From contig NC_134468.1 of assembly GCF_964194025.1 (NCBI RefSeq), forward strand, positions 18,166,001 to 18,230,000: DNA of 64,000 nt. The letters are read 5' to 3'. Position numbers and translations under genes: made by a program. Within the stretch, counting starts at the first letter, position 1, and each line of letters opens with the position of its first letter. Positions 1 to 11,297 of this stretch are shown here, piece after piece. This DNA is from Convolutriloba macropyga. Taxonomy: Eukaryota. The notes beneath the pieces were generated by a model. The model saw nothing but the letters and a program-made list of their open reading frames with translations, was not told where the DNA came from and searched no databases.

Positions 1-267
1 GCATGTGCAACCTCCCAATTAAGAGTTGGTGACAATAACCACTACGCTATACGGGCTATGTACTGTCTTCGCTCACAACCGTTATAATTTTAGCAACAGA
101 CTTAGTTTCTGAATGCGCTCACTTCAAATCAGTAAAAAAAAATTGAAAAGTCAAGTTTGAAACAGCCACTCGATAAAGAAATGTTCTAGAAAAAAACGGC
201 CTAGCAAAACTTTCAAATGAAGAACACAGACTTTAACAAAAATTGATTGAAACTTCGTTCGAGAGCA
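1..267 (-). mobile_element. Partial Helentron/DINE-1-like non-autonomous element (HINE) with tRNA-like cassette, cut by the window edge
   Basis: Terminus aattgattgaaacttcgttcgagagca (241-267) resembles the termini at 11297, 26086, 38323 and 40326. Shares ttttagNaacaga..tttctgaa and aatgttctagaa with the 4616-5081 and 25757-26086 copies. Minus strand 56->1 reads GCCCGTA-TAGCGTAGTGG...CCAA-CTCTTAA-TTGG (tRNA-Lys-like 5' half). Confidence 0.65.
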
Positions 268-714
268 CAAACACTGAACAATTCATTTGAACTTTTATTT
301 AAAAACACATGATGGTACACTAACTTGACATCTAATGAGAACATAAAAATATAACAATAAGATGAGAATATAAAAATAAGTACTTAAAAACATTGCAAAT
401 GCACATAGTCAAGGCTGTGAAAACCATAAGCTGCCAGAAAATAATGCAAAAAAATCCATTCTTAAAAGCCTAAGTTTAAAACCAAAATGATCTCTCATTA
501 GGCAGATTTAACAAAATCATAAACAAAAATACACAAAATAAAACAAAACTACACATTTTATGAAAACAGTTTCAAAGTCATAAAATCATTAGCCGCCCAT
601 TAGTAGATTCACAAAATAAAAACTATGAACCACTACAGCACGTCTTTCATATTTGGGATAGCAAATCAAGAAAAAACAAATCACAAACAGCAGTTAAATT
701 GCCGCATGCTAAAA

Positions 715-750
715 CATAGTCGGCAGGTTGCCGGTTAATAGCCGCCGTTG
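715..750 (-). mobile_element. 3' terminus of a HINE-like element (body probably extends to about 1.4 kb; other end not located)
   Basis: aaaa-catagt-cggca ggt tgccg-gtt-aatagccgccgttg has the same hairpin plus sub-terminal motif as 21810-21846 and 4616-4647. Confidence 0.6.
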
Positions 751-1816
751 ACGCACTTGATGCACATCGGAGTTAAAACAGAGAAAAAAGAGAAATTGAC
801 CATTTTTTTCTATTTTTCAGTGTCATAGTGCTCTAATTCGGCGTGCAGTTTCGGTTGGATTCTAAAACTATACTTCATTCAGCTTCTAAACTGAAAGCTA
901 ATGAGCTTATTACCAATGTCAGCTAGCAAACACTCTAATGAACTTTGGAAACCTAATTCTCAATAACTTAATGATCGGGCTTTATCGGTTTCGGCAATAA
1001 GTTCCGAAAAACAAACAGTTCAAATGAGCCGATGTTCAAAAAAAAATAAACCGCGATAACTCCGTGAAAAAATTGGGAAAACTAAAATGTAATTAATTAT
1101 TGTACGCTTGACGGGCTTTCTATTGAGACCACTCACAACTCTCTACAAAAAAACATCGATCCGCCAAAATTTACTGAGCCAAAAACAAACCCAGTTGAGA
1201 ATAAAGTCCCCCCCCCCCCCCAAGTGGGGTCGGAACAAAAAGGCACGTTAAATAATGGGACAATCAGGGCGAAATTAAAAATTTTATCAATGTAATTTAG
1301 TCTTTGGTTTTTGCTGCTTTTTCCTATGATTTTGAGTTTAATTCTTACCATGGATTGGAAAGGTCATTGAAATTGTGGGCAATTATTGAAAATAAACAGA
1401 AAACATAGCGCCTGGAAAACTGTTCGGTAGAACAAAATTAGATTATCGAAAGCAGAAGAACCTTAGCATAGGCTATTTGCTTGCACTTTAAAAGCAACTC
1501 GAACCCCTAGAGATCCCAAATAGACGCTCCAATTTCATGCAAAAAATGAAATTGTAGATACCGTCTATGTGCTACCAAAGAATCCGTCTTAGTAAAGAAA
1601 CCGTCCGAATATGCTCTATAATATCTAACCACTTTGAAAAATTAGCAATATTTCAAAACCAGTGCCATTGAATCAGTACGCTTTACCCAGCTGGTGAACG
1701 CAACGGCGACTTCCACTTTAAGATGCCAATTACTTGAACATCGTATCATCTTGCTTTAAAAGCACACAGTATTGTCCTTCACTTGATTTGCAAAAATATC
1801 AACTAAAAACATTTAC

Positions 1817-2905
1817 CTGCAAAGCAACTGGCAAAGTGACGAATCCGAAGTCGGTACTCGTAGTTTGTACCATAACCCGGTGCAGCTCTTTCACAGAGGC
1901 TGCCAACGTATACGAGTAAGAAGTATATGCCTTTGGATCGTGACGATCATCAGCAGCCGCCAAGATATAGGGTCTAGCGAGAATTAGAAATTGAGAAAGA
2001 CAGTTCAAGGCTTGAATTTTTGACTTCACAAATCTGTCTTTAAGTAGGAGGTAGAAAAAGGGATGCTCACTGGGAACAAAATCCGTAATACTTTCGTCAG
2101 GAATGAAGTGCCACCAGTAACCGAATGTGAGCTTATTGGGAGAGAATTTCAAAACGTCTAAGATGCAGGTGAGAGCCACAGTTCTGACCTTCTTGCAAAC
2201 ACCTCCTAATTTAGAAGTTTCGCTCTCGGTTGACATTGAATACGCTTTGTTAGAAGAACGAAAACTTTGTATTTTGGACTCAGATATCAATGAGAACTCA
2301 GATTTATGATTTCCAATTAAGTCGCGAATGTCGACTAAATCTGGCTGAGCTATTTCAGTTTCTGCTTTGGGCGAATCATGTTCCACTGTTACAAACTTCT
2401 TATCACCCTCGTCGTCACTCTCAAAATCCGAGTCATTTGCCTCGTCATCGTCGTTATGTTGCTTGTTATGCTTCATTTTCAGCTTGAGTAGATCTCGGTT
2501 GAATGCCGTTTGCTGTGATGAGGTGGCTCCTAGCTTGTTCATTATACTTGTGTTCTTGATAGGCTCAAGTGGGCGTTGAGGCAAGTCATAAAATCCTGGA
2601 AGACCAAGAACCATATAATATCTGACAGCCGCAAAAATTGAGCCCAAGCTCTTTGTGACGTCACTTCTATTGTACTGGGCCAACGCGGAGAGACCGTCAA
2701 AAGCTATGACTATCAACCGCAGATGAGATACTTCGTCAAGGTTAGAGGGTTTTGGGTTCGTTAGGTAGGAGAGCATAACGTTGTGAATTGCACTTTGAGT
2801 TTCTTCGTGGATGACGCCTCTGTCACATCTTATTGAGAGATTAGATAAGCATTGGTAGGCCAGCCGCTGGATGTTGAAATCAGAAGAGCTGCTCCCTCTT
2901 AGGTG
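1817..2905 (-). CDS. HEATR6: HEAT repeat-containing protein 6-like, internal coding exon (exon 2); gene continues off the left edge
   Basis: Open frame of 363 codons between acceptor cctgttttag|CAC (2905) and donor CAG|gtaaat (1817), both phase 0. KVRTVALTCI..TFGYWWHFIPD..LLKDRFVKSKIQALNCLSQFL..YTSYSYTLAASVKELHR matches my recollection of the HEATR6 DUF4042 region. Confidence 0.78.
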
Positions 2906-3295
2906 CTAAAACAGGAAACCTCGTATTAAACTAAGCATGGCACTATTTTCCCAAAAAACCCTTTCAAAGCACTGCTCATTTGTTTCAAAAATACAACCGA
3001 AAATTCAGCTGAAAACCACTTTAACCTTTTCCGACAGTTTCAAAAACAATAAAAATTAAGAAATACAAAAAGTACATTTCGCGGTAGCACTTATTTCGAG
3101 TCTCAATTTCACTGATTTCTATAGAAAAGTAACTACCCACATTAAATATCACGCAAAAGTGAAGTCTCAAAAACGATTAAGGTTTAAATTATTTTCAATA
3201 CGAAATTCGCATCTCGTGATAGCCATATTGTAAAACTTTCAGCAAAATAATTGAGAAGAAATAATGAATTGTCGCCGAGCTGTCTGATGGTTACA

Positions 3296-3719
3296 TGTCA
3301 ATATACCCAATGCCATTAAATCCCATTAACTTTGATACTTTTGCTCAAAAATCCAACTAAAAATTAGCCATCACTATTACGCTTATGTTTTAACATATTC
3401 AGGCGGATAATTTTATCCCATGTTTGGTCGTGATGGTTTCACATCAAGTCCACGAGTTAATGAGGCATGGCCAATAAGTACTTTAAAACAAACGTGTAAT
3501 AGCGACTGCTAATATTTAGTCGAATTAATGAACGAAAATATCAAAATGAATTGCATTTTTGGCATTGGATATACTGGCATTGGGTATATTTGCATTGAGT
3601 ATATTGGCATTGGATATATAGGCATTGGGTATATAGGCATTGGGTATAATGGCATCGGGTATAATGGCATCGGGTATAATGACATTGGGTATAATGGCAT
3701 TGGGTATATTGTCCTGACA
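3296..3719. mobile_element. MITE/fold-back-like element with 15-bp sub-terminal tandem array
   Basis: Inverted termini tgtca-atatacccaatgccatta / taatggcattgggtatattgtcctgaca; about 10 copies of ggcattgggtatata/at at 3561-3709. Confidence 0.7.
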
Positions 3720-4615
3720 CCCTGTCCGATAATATTTTAAATTAATTTTGTCCAATGTTAGAATATATAAGTCAAATTCTAGAAAGGCATAAAATGCGCT
3801 CCGCGCTGCTAAAAGATTATCTTCACGCAATATGAAGGCTTTTGAGTTTCTTTTGATTGTTTGTTTCTCGTTTCTTCTGCGGTAACTTCGAAATCATTCA
3901 CTTCAAAAAATTTTCCTACTAAATTAGCAAATTTTAAGTTTCGACTAAATTTGGGGTTTAAACGAAACTCAAAAATTATGATTTCCCATAGCAGCTGATA
4001 AACAAACTATTACATAACTATTAATAAAGAAAACGTTTACATAACAATATCGTTAAAAATTTTTCATCGCCTTACGTTATAAAAAGCTATGCTCATAGGA
4101 ATTAGCTCTATTGAAGTGTTTAACCAAAATAGTGATTTTTCGGCTGCTTAAAAAAATTTTTCTAAGCATTGAGGAATTGACGTTTTCCACGAGTGCCATC
4201 AGTATCGAATGCAGATATTAGAAAACTTGGGACAAATTCTTGGAGATGTTTGAGAAATTAAGGTCTCAGTTTGTTCATTCTTCAAGAAATTCTTTCAGCA
4301 GTTGAATTATTTCGGGGACTTTTCTTAAAATTATTATTTTATTTATCTCTAAGGACGCCTCATTCCAAGAAATTGGTGGTTTTGAATTGACTGAAAAATT
4401 TTGGTAACAGAGCAATCACACATTATTTTTGGTTACTTCCATGACTGATTTTTAAAAAACTTGAAGAAACTTGTCTAATCTCAAACAAATGATTACATTG
4501 TATTCTTTTTAGGTCACGCTGTTGATAGCAAATTCGGTTAAGATCCCTCAGTGAGTTCAAATGATACACATAGAACATAATATGCATATCACAACAGTGG
4601 TTGTAGCTTTTAAAA

Positions 4616-5081
4616 CATAGCCGGCAGATTGCCGGAATAGCTGCGAAATAGACTTGCGTGCCGTAAAATAAAGATGGAAAAAGATACAGAAGTGAGTTGA
4701 TAATAGTTATCGCCGCCGCCTATAAAACTTACAAGTTTATTTCAAAGGCGGTTGTTTTTGGGTGCAAAAAACTTTTCCCTGTCGCGTCTCGAACCGGCGA
4801 TCTCCGGATTAACAGCCAGTCGCCTTAACCACTCGGCTGTCGGACCATACAATCTGTTTTCTTACAATCAAATTTGTTTTAGGAACAGATTCTGTTTCTG
4901 AATAACCGCAATTTATGTCACGCAGAAAGCGTCAAATCAAGCGCGAAAAAGGCATTTAAGCAGTGACGAGACAGAATGTTCTAGAACAAATGTAAAACGA
5001 AAATGAAGCGTCAGACGACGAAACAAAAAAAACCAAGAGCACCGCAATATAGCTACGCTCAGCTTACAGCTTCGCAGCTAT
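4616..5081 (-). mobile_element. Complete HINE-like element (466 bp) with internal tRNA-derived cassette
   Basis: Perfect 11-bp sub-terminal inverted repeats ATAGCTGCGAA (4637-4647) / TTCGCAGCTAT (5071-5081); terminal hairpin ccggca-gat-tgccgg (4621-4635); second hairpin at 5049-5081; flanked by A runs (TT sites on the minus strand). Confidence 0.75.
4775..4846 (-). pseudogene. tRNA-derived (Asn-GTT-like) sequence inside the element; not a functional tRNA
   Basis: GGTCCGA-CAGCCGAGTGG-TTAAGGCG-ACTGG-CTGTTAA-TCCGG-AGATC-GCCGG-TTCGAGA-CGCGA has A-box-like and B-box-like motifs and a 7-nt anticodon-like loop, but the acceptor, anticodon and T stems pair poorly. Confidence 0.7.
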
Positions 5082-5580
5082 AAAAAGAACAAATTTTATT
5101 GCATTTTTGACGTTTACTAGTCAACTGCCGCCGATATATGTAATCTTCAATATATAAGAATTCAAAAAAAGAACTCAATCCAAAAGTCCAATTGTCAGCA
5201 CTAAGATTTGGAATAAAAGAAGAGACTAGTACAAAATTTAACTTCCTTTGAAAAAAATCGGAAACCAAAAGTTTATGCTTTGAGCTGGACAATCTAATGT
5301 TTGTTCGATAATTTCAGGACTAATTATATGTGACAAAACAAAATTTTATTCAAAAAACAAAACTGCTCTCACTCATCCACTTTATTTAACGTTTCACAAG
5401 AGTTAATTCAATATCTCTTTCTTAGAAAATTTTAGCAAATAATGCAGATGAGCAAGATTAAGCATGTTACCAACGCACGTTACCAAGACTCTTGGTTATA
5501 TATAAAACTATAAAACAAGAAGTAAATTGCCAAAAAATGAATTTAAGGTGCAGCACAATAGTAGTTGATGTTCTGCTGAG

Positions 5581-5934
5581 GATTCTATTTCTTTTCACCC
5601 CGATTCATTTAACCCCGTATCTTTAAATCCCTCCATCATTTAACCCCTAAGTCATTTCACCCCTATATCATTTCACCCCTATATCATTTCACCCCTCTAT
5701 CATTTCATACCACCAATTAGGAGTCGACATTAAAGGCATGTTTTATCATAACTAATTGGATAAATTAATCCCACGTCTGGTTGTGATAATTTCATATCAA
5801 TTCCCACGGGCCGCTGAGGCATGGCCATGGCCCGCCAGGCATGGCCAAATGATTATATTGCTAATTTAATAACCCTGATTTTATAGAAAGATTAAAATCG
5901 GGGTGAACTGATAGAGGGGTTAAAAGATAGAGTC
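5581..5934. mobile_element. MITE-like element with 16-bp sub-terminal repeats
   Basis: Imperfect TIRs gattctatttcttttcacccc / ggggttaaaagatagagtc; atcatttcacccctat repeats. Confidence 0.65.
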
Positions 5935-6495
5935 TTTTAACCCTTAGTGTCTTTAAAAATTAGTGTTTGCCATGCATAAAAAACCAGACATATAAAGACC
6001 TTAATTTTCGTTTTGAAAGACTGATTTGACCCACATTCTGACACTGCCGTCTAATGTTTTGATTTTTGGTGGGTAAAAATTTTTGCAAACTAGGTTTTTT
6101 TAAAAGCAAATAACAAATCTTCTTAAGCGTCGAAGTAAGTTTCACTATAGATGACAGAATTTTGAACTCGTTTTATATTAGGTTGTTACAGTACATCGAT
6201 CAGGCGAAACTATTTGTTACCCATAGCAACTTCGACTCCAGTATTACTAGTACGCTGTAACCTCTTAAAACTTTACCTCTCATTCCGCAGAATTAAGCAT
6301 TGAAAAAATCAGAAAGGAGTTGATCAAAATAATCTCAGTGAATCGAAAGATTATTACTCTCTTTAATGCAAAACCAAAACTTTGAAATAACCCAAAGTAA
6401 ATGCAAAATAATTGGCAGATTCTTGATTTTCGAGTTAATTTTCGCAGATTCTTAACAGAAACTATCAGATGAGAAGAGAAACCGAATTTGCACAC

Positions 6496-6984
6496 CTGCT
6501 TAAGCATGCTTAAGCAGGTGTGCAAATTCGGTGTGCAAATGGGAGCTTCACCTAAAATTAGTGCCTCTTTGTGTGGGTCACTCATCGTCCCAGCGCCGTA
6601 CAAAATAGCTCCGAGTGCTCTGAATAAATCATTCAGAAGATTTTCAGGACAAATTTTGGTCCACTTCATAATTTGACAAAATATGAAATCGAAGGCCTTG
6701 CGTGATAGCCGAATCTGTACCTCATTCAAAGATGTCTAAACAAATTTGCAGAACTTCTGAATGCTACCTATCATCTCTGGATCACGAATAGTTGAAAATC
6801 TGGAATCGAGAGATTTCTTGCTCTCGGCGCTGAACTCCCGGATCATGCGTAGCACCATGTTTGACAGGGCCTCGTAAGTGGTGTCCGATGGGAGCGAGCT
6901 CTGCAAGCATCGGTCCAGCAGCTGCGAGAGGGAGTCTCCATGACGCCACTCGAAGGGCGAATCGAACACGTCTCCGCGACTCAT
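6496..6984 (-). pseudogene. HEATR6: Disabled duplicate of HEATR6 exon 1
   Basis: Same sequence as 8593-9048 except a GAG>TAG stop at 6736-6738, a 33-bp in-frame inverted insertion at 6508-6540 and a few substitutions. Confidence 0.8.
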
Positions 6985-7693
6985 TCTCACAACAAAAACA
7001 AGCCTAACTGAAAGTCAAATACATATATTGAGTAATGCCAGTTAATGTAGTTTTACGGATGACTTTTTAAACATTTCGGATTTGTTTCGTTTTAACCACA
7101 GATAATGAAATCTATAATTGATATAAATATACTGATTAAAGCGGTTTCTTTTCAATTCAATAACTAATCTCGCCTCTTACAGCTTCGCAGCTATAAAAAG
7201 AACAAATTTTATTGCATTTTTGACGTTTACTAGTAAACTGCCGCCGATATATGTAATCTTCAATATATAAGAATTCAAAAAAAGAACTCAATCCAAAAGT
7301 CCAATTGTCAGCACTAAGATTTGGAATAAAAGAAGAGACTAGTACAAAATTTAACTTCCTTTGAAAAAAATCGGAAACCAAAAGTTTATGCTTTGAGCTG
7401 GACAATCTAATGTTTGTTCGATAATTCCAGGACTAAATATATGTGACAAAACAAAATTTTATTCAAAAAACAAAACTGCTCTCACTCGTCCACTTTATTT
7501 AACGTTTCAAAAGAGTTAATTCAATATCTCTTTCTTAGAAAATTTTAGCAAAAAATGCAGATGAGCAAGATTAAGCATGTTACCAACGCACGTTACCAAG
7601 ACTCTTGGTTATATATAAAACTATAAAACAAGAAGTAAATTGCCAAAAAATGAATTTAAGGTGCAGCACAATAGTAGTCGATGTTTTGCTGAG

Positions 7694-8031
7694 GGTTCTA
7701 CTTCTTTTCACCCCGATTCATTTAACCCCGTATCTTTAAATCCCTCCATCATTTAACCCCTATGTCATTTCACCCCTATATCATTTCACCCCTCTATCAT
7801 TTCATACCACCAATTAGGAGTCGACATTAAAGGCATGTTTTATCATAACTAATTGGATAAATTAATCCCACGTCTGGTTGTGATAATTTCATATCAATTC
7901 CCACGGGCCGCTGAGGCATGGCCATGGCCCGCCAGGCATGGCCAAATGATTATATTGCTAATTTAATAACCCTGATTTTATAGAAAGATTAAAATCGGGG
8001 TGAACTGATAGAGGGGTTAAAAGATAGAGTC
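7694..8031. mobile_element. Duplicated copy of the 5581-5934 MITE (one 16-bp unit shorter)
   Basis: Direct sequence identity within the tandem duplication. Confidence 0.65.
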
Positions 8032-8592
8032 TTTTAACCCTTAGTGTCTTTAAAAATTAGTGTTTGCCATGCATAAAAAACCAGACATATAAAGACCTTA
8101 ATTTTCGTTTTGAAAGACTGGTTTGACCCACATTCTGACACTGCCGTCTAATGTTTTGATTTTTGGTGGGTAAAAATTTTTGCAAACTAGGTTTTTTTAA
8201 AAGCAAATAACAAATCTTCTTAAGCGTCGAAGTAAGTTTCACTATAGATGACAGAATTTTGAACTCGTTTTATATTAGGTTGTTACAGTACATCGATCAG
8301 GCGAAACTATTTGTTACCCATAGCAACTTCGACTCCAGTATTACTAGTACGCTGTAACCTCTTAAAACTTTACCTCTCATTCCGCAGAATTAAGCATTGA
8401 AAAAATCAGAAAGGAGTTGATCAAAATAATCTCAGTGAATCGAAAGATTATTACTCTCTTTAATGCAAAACCAAAACTTTGAAATAACCCAAAGTAAATG
8501 CAAAATAATTGGCAGATTCTTGATTTTCGAGTTAATTTTCGCAGATTCTTAACAGAAACTATCAGATGAGAAGAGAAACCGAATTTGCACAC

Positions 8593-9048
8593 CTGCTTAA
8601 GCATGGGAGCTTCACCTAAAATTAGTGCCTCTTTGTGTGGGTCACTCATCGTCCCAGCGCCGTACAAAATAGCTCCGAGTGCTCTGAATAAATCATTGAG
8701 AAGATTTTCAGGACAAATTTTGGTCCACTTCATAATTTGACAAAATGTGAAATCGAAGGCCTTGCGTGATAGCCGAATCTGTAACTCATTCAAAGATGTC
8801 TCAACAAATTTGCAGAACTTCTGAATGCTACCTATCATCTCTGGATCACGAATAGTTGAAAATCTGGAATCGAGAGATTTCTTGCTCTCGGCGCTGAACT
8901 CCCGGATCATGCGTAGCACCATGTTTGACAGGGCCTCGTAAGTGGTGTCCGATGGGAGCGAGCTATGCAAGCATCGGTCCAGCAGCTGCGAGAGGGAGTC
9001 TCCATGACGCCACTCGAAGGGCGAATCGAACACGTCTCCGCGACTCAT
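8593..9048 (-). CDS. HEATR6: HEATR6-like first coding exon (intact copy)
   Basis: ATG at 9048, 152 codons (MSRGDVFDSPFEW...LFRALGAILY...EAPMLKQ), phase-0 donor CAG|gtgtgc compatible with the phase-0 acceptor at 2905; helical HEAT-like composition. Joining to exon 2 is inferred. Confidence 0.68.
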
Positions 9049-9770
9049 TCTCACAACAAAAACAAGCCTAACTGAAAGTCAAATACATATATTGAGTAAT
9101 GCCAGTTAATGTAGTTTTACGGATGACTTTTTAAACATTTCGGATTTGTTTCGTTTTAACCACAGATAATGAAATCTATAATTGATATAAATATACTGAT
9201 TAAAGCGGTTTCTTTTCAATTCAATAACTAATCTCGCCTCTTATTAAGTTACACGATCATTTTTTTACTCGAATGCTTATGAAAACAAATAATTTGTTCA
9301 CTGGGTAGAAAACAAATTTTCATTTTCCATAATCAGTATTTCTTTTGTACTTCTATTATCTATCGCATGAATTCAAACTCAAATATGTCATGGTCCAAGT
9401 TCTAATTACTAGAGCCCAAAACATTGAAAAAACCAAAATCAATGGACTTGGACAAACAAAGCAGAAACAGATAAAACTAAATTCGGATTAAGCAAAATCA
9501 CAAATTAATAAAGATTGATGGATTCAAACTCATGTATTTATTTATTGAGAAAACACTTCAACAAATCATAAAGCCATAAAGAGATTTCCTCTTTATTTGG
9601 GACCATTAAGTTTATTATAGATCATTCGGGCAATTCGCACCCTAAAAAGTTTAGGGGACATAGGTTAATATTTATAAAGTCATTAACGAGATCTATAAAC
9701 GCAGTCTGAGCTGAAAGGCTCGAAGTCATTAGTTTGATGTCAGACCCCTTCAGAAGATAATCCCACGATT

Positions 9771-9886
9771 TTAGATGGCAGATAAAGATCGCTGCTTTGA
9801 GATTGGATAAGGGCATTGAAACTTGAATGAACTCGATGGCAACAACAGCCAAAACAAATGAGACCAATTACAAAATTTCTCACATT
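9771..9886 (-). CDS. Unknown gene, predicted last coding exon
   Basis: Acceptor aatttattttatag|AA is phase-1 compatible; reads ECEKFCNWSHLFWLLLP...LSAI*; AATAAA on the minus strand at 9592-9597. Confidence 0.4.
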
Positions 9887-10306
9887 CTATAAAATAAATT
9901 ACCATTAAAACAAAATTGAGCTGAAACAAACACGGCTGCTTTCCATGAAACAACCAAAAAGACTTTAAAATTAATCAAACTTAAGCAAATAAATTGCCCT
10001 AAAAAGACAACCAATAGGGTTGCGATTGTAGACAACCTAGCTGAGCACCAGCCACTCGGTCAAAGAGCTCAATGAGGGCTCAATTTGATTAACTAAAAAC
10101 TTAACGGTATAACGAATTGCCCTCAAAGTGACAAGCACATTTAAAATGCGCGTTTAAAGCTTTAAACTGCAACATTTATGATTCAATCAATGGTAAAATA
10201 AGCTCAAAACTTCTAACACAATGTAGTTCAAAAGTATTAAGGATCGATGGAACAAAACAGTATCCGTACCACTTCTTTCACATTATTTTACATTATTCTC
10301 CATAAC

Positions 10307-10441
10307 CTCCCCTGTTCTTCAGCTGTCTCTTTGGGCGACCGTTTGTCATTAAAACGTGAACTGCACCGTCGATAGTTGCGTCAATATTCTCATGCAGACG
10401 CGCAACTTCCGCCTGGATATCTTGCATCCCATTGCTCTGAC
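10307..10441 (-). CDS. Unknown gene, predicted internal exon (135 nt)
   Basis: GC-richer island; acceptor ttgtttgtttag|GT and donor GAG|gttatg. The only open frame (QSNGMQDIQAEVARLHENIDATIDGAVHVL...) matches the phase-1 donor at 12181. Confidence 0.55.
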
Positions 10442-11024
10442 CTAAACAAACAAGTATTAATTACGCAAAATTAAAAGTACTAAAAATGCTAGCCCGATAA
10501 AGAATAGCCAAGTTGCACTGATTTTGCGGTTTTTCAATAACACAATAGACAAAAAAAATCAAACCTGTTAAGGTCAGAAAGACCATTAGCTTTACACGAA
10601 GCACATTGAATAATTTCATTATTGAAACGAGGTGAAAATAAAACAAAAAAGAACAAATACGGGCAAAACTTTTTTTAGGAAAAAATTAGCTGTTTAAAAC
10701 AAAAACTATTACAAACAAACAACTATTCAATAGATTCACTTATGTATCATATGAAAGAAAGCAGATGAGAACTGTCATAATTGAGACTATGTGGAAAGAG
10801 AAAAAAACGCGACAAAACTCAAACCTAATAGTGTCAAAGTCATAAAATCCATCAGCTGTCTATTGAGGGGTTGAAATAGCGATGCCAACAAACACACGTA
10901 TCAAAAGGAAAACAAGTCAATTTATGGCATGCCAAAAACATAATCCGACTAAGGAAAAATTGCTCTAGAATGACCCGGGGGGCAACTAAATTCAGGGGCT
11001 GTGGCTTAAATAAAATTTTCTTTA

Positions 11025-11297
11025 TGGGTGCAAAAAAAAACAACAGAAAAAGGTCAGGTTCGAACCCCTCCCTCCTGAGTCCAATTCCTTCACCTCGACA
11101 GATGCATTAACCACTCGTCTATCAGGGCCTTGTCATCGTCTCTCTAACAATCGGTTTTGTTCGAACAACAACCTTTGAAGAGCAATTGAATCACTCAAAA
11201 ATTATTCTAGAAAAAAAGCGCAAAAAAGGTCAAGGAAAAGATTTGCATTAAAAAGACATACAGGTTTACAATAATTACTTCTCATTCGAGAGCAATT
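11025..11297 (-). mobile_element. HINE-like element 5' part with tRNA-derived cassette (3' end uncertain)
   Basis: Terminus ttcgagagcaatt; A box TAGACGAGTGG (11121-11111), B box GGTTCGAACC (11066-11057), T5 run at 11051-11047; gggtgcaaaaaa shared with the 4616 copy. Confidence 0.62.

Larger units (their letters stand above)
5063..9243 (+). repeat. Recent tandem duplication of about 2.1 kb (5063-7175 and 7176-9243) containing HEATR6 exon 1, its upstream region and part of intron 1
   Basis: Near-identical copies with scattered substitutions. The 49-bp length difference equals a 33-bp insertion plus one extra 16-bp repeat unit. 4-bp microhomology CTTA at 5063, 7176 and 9240. Confidence 0.95.

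Noticed and set aside
3509-3830. Repetitive ORFs (MPLYP/GYIGI/IPNAI repeats)
   Set aside because: Translations of the 15-bp MITE array, open on both strands.
4775-4846. Functional tRNA-Asn gene (and tRNA-like copies at 1-56, 11057-11129, 25815-25885)
   Set aside because: Stems do not pair and all copies lie inside a repeat family.
3561-5710. CRISPR-like arrays
   Set aside because: Head-to-tail repeats without unique spacers, no cas genes, eukaryotic context.
5059-8242. Paired small ORFs (5059/7157 and 5960/8057) as conserved genes
   Set aside because: They recur only because of the recent duplication; non-ATG starts in AT-rich intron sequence.
8377-8592. Hydrophobic C-terminal extension of the 225-aa ORF
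   Set aside because: Read-through into T-rich intron past the donor at 8593.
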